The notes under the pieces were generated by a model. It saw only the letters and a list, made by a program, of their open reading frames with translations. It was not told the DNA's origin and did not search any database. Below, in pieces: positions 1-10,371 of a DNA stretch of 64,000 nt. Location: contig NC_091980.1 in assembly GCF_044704955.1 (NCBI RefSeq), forward strand, positions 129,890,001 through 129,954,000. The letters are read 5' to 3'. The translations under genes were made by a program, and so were the position numbers. Origin of the DNA: Pristiophorus japonicus. Its lineage: Eukaryota. Within the stretch, counting starts at the first letter, position 1, and the number at the start of each line of letters is the position of its first letter.

Positions 1-906
1 TCCTCCTTCCAGATGAGAGAGATGAGAAAGGTCCTCCACCAACCTGACCCCACCAGACAGCACTGCCCCCCCAGGCATCAAGATCCACGGTGTGGCCCTG
101 GACAACGTGGACCAATTTCCATACCTCGGGAACTTTTTATCGGCAAGGGCAAAAATCGATGACGAGGTTCAACACCGCCAGTGCAGCCTTCAGCGGCCTG
201 AGGAAGAGAGTGTTCGAAGATCATGCCCTCAAATCTGGCATCAAGCTTATGGTCTACAGGACTGTAGTGATATCCGCCCTCCTGTATGGCTCAGAGACGT
301 GGACCATATACAGTAGACAACTCAAATCGCTGGAGAAATACTACCAACAATGTCTGTGCAAGATCTTGCAAATTCCCTGGGAGGACAGACGCACCAACGT
401 TAGTGTTCGCGATCAGGCCAACATACTCAGCATTGAAGCACTGACCACAGTCAACCAGCTCTGTTCTGCGGGCCACATTGTTCGCATGCCCGACACAAGA
501 CTCCCAAAGCAAGCGCTCTACTTGGAACTCCTACATTGCAAGCGAGCCGCAGGTGGGCAGAGAAAATGTTTCAAGGACACCGTCAAAGCTACCTTGATAA
601 AGTGCAACATCCCCACCGACACCTGGGAGTACCTGGGCAAAGACCGCCCTAAGTGGAGGAAGAGCATCCAGGGTGGGTGCTGAGCACCTCGCGTCTCATC
701 GCCCAGAGCATGCAGAAAACAAGCGCAGGCAGCGAAAGGAGTGTGCGGCAAACCAGTCCCACCCAGCCTTTCCTCCAATGACTGTCTGTCCCACCTGTGA
801 CAGAGACTGTAATTCTGTATTGGACAGTTCAGTGAATCTGAGAACTCACTTTTAGAGTGGAAGCAAGTTTTCCTTGATTTTGAGGAACTGCCTATGATAA
901 TGATGA
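1..906 (+). mobile_element. RTE-clade (BovB-like) LINE, 3' fragment, degenerate
   Basis: ORFs 92-316 and 90-683 give the RTE RT C-terminus (FPYLG, YRTVVISALLYGSETWT, RMPDTRLPKQALY). It ends in an (ATG)n-type tail at ~894-906. Same family as 8331-9821. Confidence 0.92.
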
Positions 907-1300
907 CTGAGGGAGTGTTGCACTGTCAGAGGAGCAGTACTGAGGGAGTGCTGTACTGTTGGAGGTGCGGTCTTGCCGATGGAATGGCAAACTGTCTGCT
1001 TGCTTTGGTGGAAGTAAAAGATCTCAGGTTTCTATTTCTCAAGATCTCAAGATACGCAGGAGAAATTCTCTCCGGTGTCGTTGACAATATTTATCCCTCA
1101 ACTAAAACAGCTTATCTGGTCATTATCACACTGCTGTTTGCGGGAGTTTGCTGTGCACAAACTGTCTGCCGCACAGAGTGTTGTAATTTCTTACATTACA
1201 ACACTGACTACACTTCAAAAAGTACTTCATTGGCTGTAAATAGCTTTGGGGCATCCTGAGGCTGTGAAAAGAGCTGTACAAATGTAATTCTTTCTTCTTC
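907..1300 (+). mobile_element. Deu-domain SINE (SacSINE1/AmnSINE1-like), headless body
   Basis: Contains gtactgagggagtgctg...atatttatccctcaac...ctacacttcaaaaagtacttcattggctgtaaa. Matches the fuller copy at 58790-59460. Confidence 0.7.
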
Positions 1301-1691
1301 CTGAGAGGATAAGCGTTCCCAAGGCTGCCACAATGAAGTCCAGGTGCAAGGAGATATTCTTTCTTTTTGGACTGCAGTCCATTTCATTGCTTTTAAAATG
1401 TCATAGTAACATAACAAGAGCTCAAAATCCCACGGTCCATGCCACATTCTAGCTCCTGTGTGTACAGGTGCTCACTAAACTTGGAAGTGATGGAGTATCT
1501 GAGCACTTGCGCTTGTCACATTCTTCACACTCACTGTCCATTCACCTGACCCGCTGTCGGTTGTTTTGTAGAGTCACTGGTCTGTCTTTGGATGTTGCAT
1601 CTGTAGATACCTGAAAATGACCAACCCACTGAACCAAACAGAACTATTAAAAAGGCACTGACTCGTAAATAATGGAGGATTCAATTAAACT

Positions 1692-1962
1692 GGGCAAGGG
1701 GGCTGGCAACAGGGCCGGGTAGCAGGCGTTCGAAGTAGTCGTTCCGGCTGACTGCCCGCCTCTCTTCTGTGGCTAAGTTCGTGCCCGGGTGTCCCTGGAG
1801 ACGGAGCATGCGGTGTCCATTGGCACACTCGTGGCCTTCCGTGAGAGGAGGGACTGGAGTGCATCATCATCCCGTGTATAGAATTTTAAGTTAATTTGTT
1901 AAGTTTCCTTTCACATCTTTTGTTGCAGTCTTTATTGGTTGTGCCCCTTTAAAAAGGGGGCC
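1692..1962 (+). mobile_element. Tx1-like (L1 clade) LINE 3' end
   Basis: Degenerate translation VRARVSLETEHAVSIGTLVAFRER..EGLECII resembles the Tx1 ORF2 C-terminus and is followed by a T-rich 3'UTR. Related pieces lie at 22922, 33398 and 39943. Confidence 0.7.
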
Positions 1963-2009
1963 CAGACTTGAAGTTAAATTGACAATTGCCACTGGCAAAA
2001 AGAAGAGTC

Positions 2010-2180
2010 AGCCAATGATGTTCATTCTTCAAAGTTCATGACTGGCTCTGGGAGTCATGGCCCCGCCTCCCTTTCCTTGATTGGTGCTCTGACAGAGGCT
2101 GCAACTTGTGATTGGGTATTGAGGAACGTCATTCACAGCTAGGCTGTCCCGCCCTGGATTATCCAGCAGTCTAAAGACAG
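2010..2180 (+). promoter_or_regulatory. Ferritin copy 1 proximal promoter (type A): CCAAT boxes, degenerate TATA
   Basis: CCAAT at 2012, ATTGG at 2080 and 2111. TCTAAA at 2170-2175 occupies the position where copies 3/4 have TATAAA. Aligns with 33820-33990. Confidence 0.55.
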
Positions 2181-2884
2181 GAGTTTGGAGTTAGCTAACT
2201 CTTAGCTTTGTACTTCGACAAGTCTTAGATTTTTGGAAAAGCAAATTAGAATGGCTTCTCAAGTGTGTCAAAACTACCACAAGAACTGTGAGGCTGCTGT
2301 CAACCAGCAGGTCAACATGGAGCTCTGTTCCTCCTGTGTTTATCTCTCCATGGTGAGTCATGTATTTCTGAGCACTTAACAATGGGACCTGTGCAATGTG
2401 AAGTTACTAGATTCTGTATTGTATCCGGCCTACCATTCACTTGATGCACAGTGAATTAATTTGTAAGATATACTATAATAGAAATAATCTCCTTGTGTAT
2501 TCTTTAATAAACTGCCTTTATGTTCCATGCAGTACCTGAGCCATAGTTGGTGAATCTTAATTACTCTTTCCTGGGCCTTTGTGAGTTTGTTGTTGAAGTT
2601 TGTTTGGAATACACTTTGCATTCAATGCATGGCATTCAGGATTCCTATCCTCCATTTCTAAATCACTCCATGGCCTTTTCCCTACCTTGCTTTTTGCAAT
2701 GAGGGGATTCAGTCTTCAAATTAGAAATAGGCATTTGAGGGAAGTTGAGAAGCAATTTTTCTCACGTGTGGTGGAAGTCTGGAACATATTCTCTCTCCTT
2801 GCTTCCCACATTCTACCCACCTAAATCTGTGGTTCCCTGGGCAAGTTTTTTGTTGGGTAAGGGTGTCAAGGGATTAGAACAAAA

Positions 2885-3480
2885 GCAATAGGAGTCGGCC
2901 ATTTGGCTGATCATCTCCACCTTCTGCACTATCCCCATATCCTATAATTTCTTTATTTCCCTAAAGTATATCAATCTGTCTTGAATATACTCAACAACTG
3001 AGCATCCACAGCCCTCTGGGGTAGAGAATTCCATAAATTCATCACATTCTGAGTGAAGAAATTTCAACTCCTCTCAGTCTTTAATGGCCAACCCCTTATT
3101 CTCAGATTGTAACCCCCTTGTACTAGATTTTGCCAGTTCCGGTAAAGATGTTCTCTGCATTAACCCTGTAAAGCCCCTTAAGAATGCTGTTTCAATTAGA
3201 TTTGCACCTCATTTTACTAAAGTCTGTGGCATACTGGCCTAGTCTACTGAATCTCTACATCGTGAAATCCCCTCATTCCAGGAACCAGTCTAGTAAACCT
3301 TTGTTCCACTTCCTCAGGCAAGTATGTCCTTCGTTTGGTGAGGAGACCAGAATTTTATACAATACTCCAGGTGTGTCCTCACCAATGCCCTGTATAATTG
3401 TAGCAAGACTTATTTACTCTTAGCTTCTGTTACGAAGGAATTAGAGTCCAACACACCATTTGCTTTCCTAATTACTTACT
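2885..3480 (-). mobile_element. Old CR1 3' fragment in copy 1 intron 1
   Basis: Colinear with the CR1 3' ends elsewhere in the window (ggtagagaattcca...gtgaagaaatt...ccccttattctcagat...aatactccaggtgtg). Confidence 0.75.
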
Positions 3481-4457
3481 GGATAAATGGAGTTAAGCTG
3501 CAGATCTGACCATATTGAATGGTGAAACAGGCTTGCGGGGCTGAATGGCCTACTCCTGTTCCTAATGTTCTTGACCTCCAGTTTTACGTACCAGTTTTTG
3601 CCCTTCTGTCTTTAATCTAACACCCTTTGCTTTATTGGTGGTAAAACCTTCAGCCTTTTCTCCCCTCCCTACTCGGTGGAACTCTCCCTTAACCCCTCTG
3701 CTTCCCCCACCTTGACCTTCACCGATGACCTCAAACTCTGAGGGTTGGTATCTGGCTGTCCGCTGGAATGCCTTGATTAGTGTTGAAGGTGCCAAATGAA
3801 TGCTGCTTAGTTTTGGTTCCATAGGTTGAATGTAGCCAGTAACACTTGGGCCAGATGTACTATGAATTGTGCACTGTGACTAGATCTCCAACTTTAAGGG
3901 ATTTGCTTCGAGTTCCATTTGTGCCCCTTGGCTAGCCTGTACAGAATAGATCTGGGTCAATAAACCATGATTAAAGTGGCACTGTTAGTAGTAATCTTTC
4001 TAATTTCTAAACCTAAAATTGATTAAGGTTGCAGTTTTGAGCATGTTCTATCCAAGCTGAATTGGTAACCATGGGATGAGACAGCACTGAAGGTGGCCAT
4101 TTGGCCAGTGCTGGCTGTTGGGTGGAGCTATCCAACTAGTCCTACTCCCCTGCTCCATTTCATAGCCCTGCAAAAGTCTATATTATGTCTCTTTGACTGT
4201 TGCCATTTAATTTACTTCCACCATCCTTTCAAGTAGTCCATGCTCTTATTTAAAAAAAAAAATCCTCCTTGTTGCCACTGGACCTCGTCCTCTTGCCAAT
4301 CACCTTTGATTTTCCATTAGCCAGCTTCCCTATTGCAAGGGGATTTTTCACTCTACCACGTTCATGAAGTCAGTAGGCTGGTGCTAGCATGTGTAACATT
4401 GTACATGGAAATACAGGGAGACTGTGAACCCTTTTGCAGGAAGCAAAATTGAGTTCG

Positions 4458-4667
4458 GTTCTGGTACATTCAAAATAAAAGATGAATCTGAGTACAATGA
4501 GCAAGTGTGCCCTCAACTCCTTGTTGTAAGACTCCAGAGTGCAGGTACCTCATGGTAGGCCTGCTTATATGCCATGCTCCCAAGGGATGCTGGAATCCCT
4601 TGGGATTCCAACAGGTAGGTGTGATGGTGGTGGTCTAATACAGGTTAGAAGGGATTAAATACATAAC
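4458..4667. mobile_element. Putative degenerate solo LTR (Gypsy-type terminus)
   Basis: A ~210 bp block absent from the paralogous intron of copy 2. It ends in ATACATAAC, like the Gypsy LTR termini at 24313 and 33014. Confidence 0.45.
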
Positions 4668-5535
4668 TGGCTTTATATACAATATCCACAATAGTGGATC
4701 TGCCATGTGATGCCCAAATATTCTTCTGATCCCTCCACAGTCCTTATACGTTGACCTGGATGATGTTGCCCTGTGTCACTTTGCTGAGTTCTTCAAGGAG
4801 CAGTCACATGAGGAACGTGAGCATGCTGAGCAACTGATGGAATTCCAGAATCGGCGTGGAGGCTGAATCATCTTGGCGGACATCAAGGTTTGGCTTAAAC
4901 AGGTGTTCTGTATGGCTCCCAATACATTCTAAAGCAGTTGGTTCCAATTTACACCATAAACCAACCATTTGGACACTGGTCTATGCTGGTGATCAGGCTC
5001 CAGACATCTACTCCCAACTTGCTTTATCCAGCAACATATCCTCCTTCTATCCCTTTTTCCCTCGTGTACTTATTTAGCTTCCCCTTAAATATATCTATGC
5101 TAGTCATCTCATCAAATTTAACTCGTGGTTGATGGCTTAATGCATTAATTCTATATTCTAACACATTGGTTCATGGCATCCTAGATTCTTATTTTCATTT
5201 TTGCATTTTTCATCCCTAATTCCTTCAATTATTTTTATTTAATCCATTGTGAAGGACCTGTGACTTTCCCCTTCAGAAACCTGAGCAGGACGAGTGGAGC
5301 AATGGCCTGGTCGTGATGCAGAGAGCTCTGCAGATGGAGAAGAATGTGAACCAGAGTCTGCTGGATCTGCACAAACTCTCCTCTGGGAGCACTGACCCTC
5401 ATGTAAGCTCCTCATGTGGTGGTCTGGGTAAGTTGGATGTGGTGGACCATTGCTGTCCTTAAGCTGTTTCAAAAGATCTCCATGCCCAATAGCTTTGGGT
5501 TTTTTGGTGGGAGGGAGAGGAGACAACTGTGCATT

Positions 5536-6097
5536 TGAGAATGTGAAAAAGGATTGCGAAAGTGGTAGATGGCTAGAGAAGGTAGCAAAAGGATGGAGAT
5601 GGGGAAAAATGGGAAAATGGCTAAAAGAAAATGTCAAGCTGAGATATTTGCAATGTCGACACAAAGGGGTTACTCTGAGTTGTGGTCAAACACGAGTTAT
5701 GCGAAAAGCAGAGTCAGACGAGGGGCTGCTATATCCAGCCATGAAATAGGGAAATGCTATGAAAATCGTAACAATAAACACATCCCTGGAGCCCGCCCTA
5801 TTTGGAGAGTTGTTAGCCTGCAATTGGGTATGCTATAGGGGGAAATCGACCAATGATTGAGTGTCACTCAAATGTGTTCTGCTGTAACAATGCATAAGTG
5901 TTGAGCTTTTGTACTGTTACAAGACTTGTCAGGTGAGAGGTGGACAGGCTTGAATCGAGAGTGTTCCCTTTATCTTAACGGGTCCCGGCTGGAGAATCTA
6001 CAGAATAAAGGTCTTGTGTTGCTAAGACTAAAAGTGTTTGTGTGTCAGTGAATTTGCTGAAACAGATTGAAGGGAAAAGAATCCAGTATCAATACAT
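5536..6097 (+). mobile_element. 562-bp insertion in copy 1 intron 3, putative solo LTR
   Basis: Flanked by the direct repeat TGTGCATT (5528-5535, 6098-6105) and absent from intron 3 of the other copies. It starts TG, ends ...TACA(T), and has AATAAA at ~6004 near the 3' end. Confidence 0.5.
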
Positions 6098-6254
6098 TGT
6101 GCATTGACTAGTAAATGTGTCCCAGAAACTGTTGTGTGGCAAGTTTAATCTAAATGATGCTGTCATTCCAGCAATTTCAATTGCACCACTTAACTATCCA
6201 GATCAAGAGGATTACAATCCAAACTGTCAAGGGGTAAGCTCCAATGTTCCTTGA

Positions 6255-6446
<192 letters not shown>

Positions 6447-8330
6447 TGAAGCATTTTGTGTTCAGTACCAGTGTTTATATAATTGAGACTGAGGGCTTGT
6501 GGCTTTCTACAAGCTGAGACCTGGGCTCTTGATGTGAAATGTAATAAACTGTTCAGTATTGGACTGGGTTTTGTCGTTGCTTATTTTCCAGTTATTATAA
6601 CTTGATTATGGTGCAATATTACACTAGACTATGCACGTGTATTCAGGTGTGCTCAGCGTCATGAGATAGGGGGACCAGAAGTATGTTTTACTGCCTTAAA
6701 GCAGAAAGAGAGGTTCTGGGAAGGAATTCCAGAGCATTTGGCTGAGGGAGCTAAACAAAAGAATAGGTATGATTAATAACATTTTTTAATCTACTGAAGC
6801 AAGGCTGTGTAAGTTACAATAAACACAAGGAAGTTTCCCAGAGAGTCAGTGTCACTCCATTGAATTAACAGTTCTGGCTTGGCATCCTATGTAAATGGAC
6901 CTGCCCTGGGAAGAGCAGTTGGTATCCAGCACACTACTACAGATCCCATTAGGTTATTACCGGGATGTTGCTCAGTAACCAAACTCACCACTTTTGCTGC
7001 AAACTTTCTAATCAGCTTTGTTAGCTGAGAAGCAAATAAGTGTTGGACAGACCAGCAATGGCTGAGCTCACTGAACTGATCCCGGGGGCAGGAATGTGAT
7101 AGAGGAGAATCAATTGTCAGTGGCTTGCTCTCCACGTAAGATTCAGGAGCAGGATCCTGCCCCTTGAGCCAGCTCTGCCATTCAATTAGACCATAATTGA
7201 TATTCAATCTTGACTCCACTTTCTTGCCTGATCTTCAGATCCATTGTTTCCTTAAGACTACAAAATTCTAGCAATCTCAGCCAAAAGCTAACAATCCCAA
7301 CCTTGATTATAATCAAAGGTTCCGGGTCAAGAATTCAAAAGATCTCTTATTGGGGAAAGTGTGAATACCCTATTGGGATTGGTTTTGACACCCCTCCCTG
7401 CTCCTCTAATTCATGGTTTTCTATCCTGCTATCATTCACTATCTAGACACTTAAATGAGTAAGAAACTGGATAAGGAATGTGTGTGGAACTCTACTCCAA
7501 CAAAATATCCATCTGGCAGGAGTAAAATTACTTCATTAAATGCACTGCTCTAAACACCCAAATTAAAAAGATACTCGTCCCAAAAATATATTTTTCTCCC
7601 TGCGTGCCCACCGGCCTGTTCCATTAGTGTATGAACCCAACACCAGCAGCTTTTCCAGAACTGTATTGATTGGTATTCAGGCCCATTGTGCTTTTTCATA
7701 CCAAATAGCAATTGTCCTTCACAAATCCTACTGGATTCCCATGTGTCTTCTTCACCTCACGAATGGATTCAAATGTTGATGATGATGCTGCCGCTAGCAA
7801 TAATCCAGTATTTACAGGTTAATTTATGGAACTTGGCTGAGAACTGTAGTGCGCGCAATGAAATTGCTGTCTTCAGGCTTTCTACATTAATGTCTTTGCA
7901 TCTTTCCAAGGCATTTTTGGGGTTTCGATGTCAGCACATTTCACACGTTGATGAGCTGCAATTCTACCAGTCGGGTTGGGTTTACTGCTGATGTGTTCGA
8001 CAGCTTCACGTTGCACACAAAAGAGTTTTCAGCACACTCGATGTGAAAAAATTTGCAGGCGTCCATGATTTAAGAATTACATAGAATTTACAGTATTAAA
8101 AAAAAGGCCATTTGGCCCAATGGGTCCGTGCCGGTGTTTATGCTGCGCACGAGCTCCTCCCACCCCTCCTCATCTCAACCCATCCGAATATCCTTCTATT
8201 CCTTTCTCCCTCATGTGTTTCCTAACTTCTCCTTAAATGCATCTATGATAGATAGATATAACCTCTCAGATCTGCTATGATCCTGGTAAATCATTTTTGC
8301 AGCTTTTCCAGTGCCTCTATATCCCTTTTG

Positions 8331-9821
8331 AGGAGCTCCTCCCGGAGTCACAGTGCGGATTTCGTCCCCTAATGAGGCACAACGGAAATGATTTTTAGAG
8401 CGTGACAGCTGCAGGAAAAATGCAGGGAACAGCACCAGCCCTTATACATTTCCTTCTTCGACCTTGCAAAGGCTTTTGACACTGTCAACCACGAGGGTCG
8501 ATGGAGCATCCTCCTCCATTTCGGATGCCCCCAAAAAATCGTCACCATCCTCCGCCTGCTCCGCGACGACATGCAGGCCATGATCCTTACCAATGGAACC
8601 ATTACAGACATGATCCACATCCGGACTGGGGTCAAACAGGGCTGTGCCATTGCCCCAACCCTCTTCTTAATCTTCCTCGCTGCCATACTCCACCTCACAA
8701 TCAACAAGCTCCCCGCTGGAGTGGTACGAAACTAGAGAACCAGTGGGAACCTGTTCAACCTTCGTCGACTCCAGGCCAGGTCCAAGACCATCCCAACGTC
8801 TCTTGTCGAGCTACAATACACGGAGGACACCTGCATCTGCACACATACAGAGGCTGAACTCCAAGTCATAGTCAACGTATTTACTGAGGCGTACGAAAGC
8901 ATAAGCCTTACGCTAAACATCCGTAAGACAAAGGTCCTCCATCAGCCTGTCCTCACCGCACAGTGCACCCCCCTTGCTCCCAATCATCAAGATCCATGGC
9001 GTGGCCCTGGACAACGTGGACCATTTCCCATACCTCTGGAGCCTCTTATCAACAAGAGCAGACATTAATGACGAGATTCAACACCGCCTCCAGTGCGCTA
9101 GGACAGGCTTGGCTGCTTAATGAAAAGAGTGTTTGAAGACCAGGCCCTCAAATCCACCAACAAGCTCATGGTCTACAGGGCTGTAATGTGTCCTGCCCTC
9201 CTGTATGGCTCAGAGACATGGACCATGTACAGTAGAAACCTCAAGTCGCTGGAGAAATACTACGAACGATGTCTCCACAAGTTCCTACAAATCCCCTGGG
9301 AGGACAGACGCACCAACATTAGGGTCCTCAACAAGGCCAACATCCCCAGCATTGAAGCACTGACCACACTTGATCAGCTCCGCTGGGCCGACCACATCGT
9401 TTGCATGCCAGACACGAGGCTCCCAAAGCAAGCGCTCTACTCGGAACTCCTTCACGGCAAGCAAGCCAAAGGTGGGCAGAGGAAACGTTACAAGGACACC
9501 CTCAAAGCCTCCCTGATAAACTGCAACATCCCCACTGACACCTGGGACAGCCTGGCCAAAGACTGCCTTGTGGAGGAAATGCATCCGGGAGGGCACTGAG
9601 CACCTCGAGTCTCATCGCTGAGAGCATGCAGAAATCAAGGGCAGGCAGCGGAAAAAGCATGCAGCAAACCAGTCCCACCCTCCCTTTCCTTTAACGACTG
9701 TCTGTCCCACCTGTGACAGGGACTGTGGTTCTCGTATTGAATTGTTCAGCCACCTAAGGACTCATTTTTAGAATGGAAGCAAGTCTTCCTCGATTCCGAG
9801 GGACTACCTATGATGATGATG
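8331..9821 (+). mobile_element. RTE-clade LINE, 5'-truncated, with TSD
   Basis: RT motifs (FDLAKAFDTVN, GVKQGCAIAP) and ORF 9120-9599. (ATG)n tail. Target-site duplication ATCCCTTTTG at 8321-8330 and 9822-9831. Confidence 0.93.
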
Positions 9822-9840
9822 ATCCCTTTTGTGATATTCT

Positions 9841-10238
9841 GCTGAGAGCAGAGAAGGCTAAGAGGAGATTTGATAGAGGTGTTTAAAATCATGAAGGATT
9901 GAGATAGAGTAAATAAAGAGAAACTGTTCCAATGGTCGAAGGGTCGATAACCAGAGTGTGCAGATTTAAGGTGATTGGCAAAAGAACCAGAGGTGACATG
10001 AGGGAAACTTTTTTACACAACAAGTGGTTATGATCTGGAATGCATGGCCTGATAGGATGGTGGATACAGATTCAATAATAGTCTTCAGTGTGGATATGGA
10101 TAAATACGAAAGGAAAAAAAATCACAGTGATATGGGAAAAGCGCGGGGGAGTGGGACGAACCGGATTGCTCTTTGAAAGAACCAGCGCAGACTTGATGGG
10201 CTGAATGGCCTCCTTCTATGCTGTACTATTCCACGATT
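9841..10238 (+). mobile_element. CR1 3' fragment
   Basis: Encodes a degenerate RRLRGDLIEVFKIM...RTRG motif, followed by the CR1 3'UTR (gggctgaatggcctccttct). Confidence 0.8.
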
Positions 10239-10239
10239 T

Positions 10240-10371
10240 TATCTGGAAGAACAAATGAAAATGATCAAGAAGCTTGGAGATCACATCACCAACTTGAAAA
10301 GATTGGGAGCCCCTGAGAATGGGATGGGCGAGTACCTGTTTGACAATCACATCCTGGGCGAGAGTGACTAA
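10240..10371 (+). pseudogene. Orphan ferritin exon-4 fragment (remnant fifth copy)
   Basis: Translates [43 protein letters not shown] with TAA at 10369-10371. No splice acceptor or upstream exons. AATAAA at 10469. The 3' flank matches that of copy 4. Confidence 0.9.

Noticed and set aside
4864-4866. In-frame TGA in copy 1 as selenocysteine or read-through
   Set aside because: It is a CpG transition of an Arg codon (CGA in copy 2). I see no SECIS-like support, and the copy has other damaging changes (Y29C, FDR->VDL, degraded TATA).
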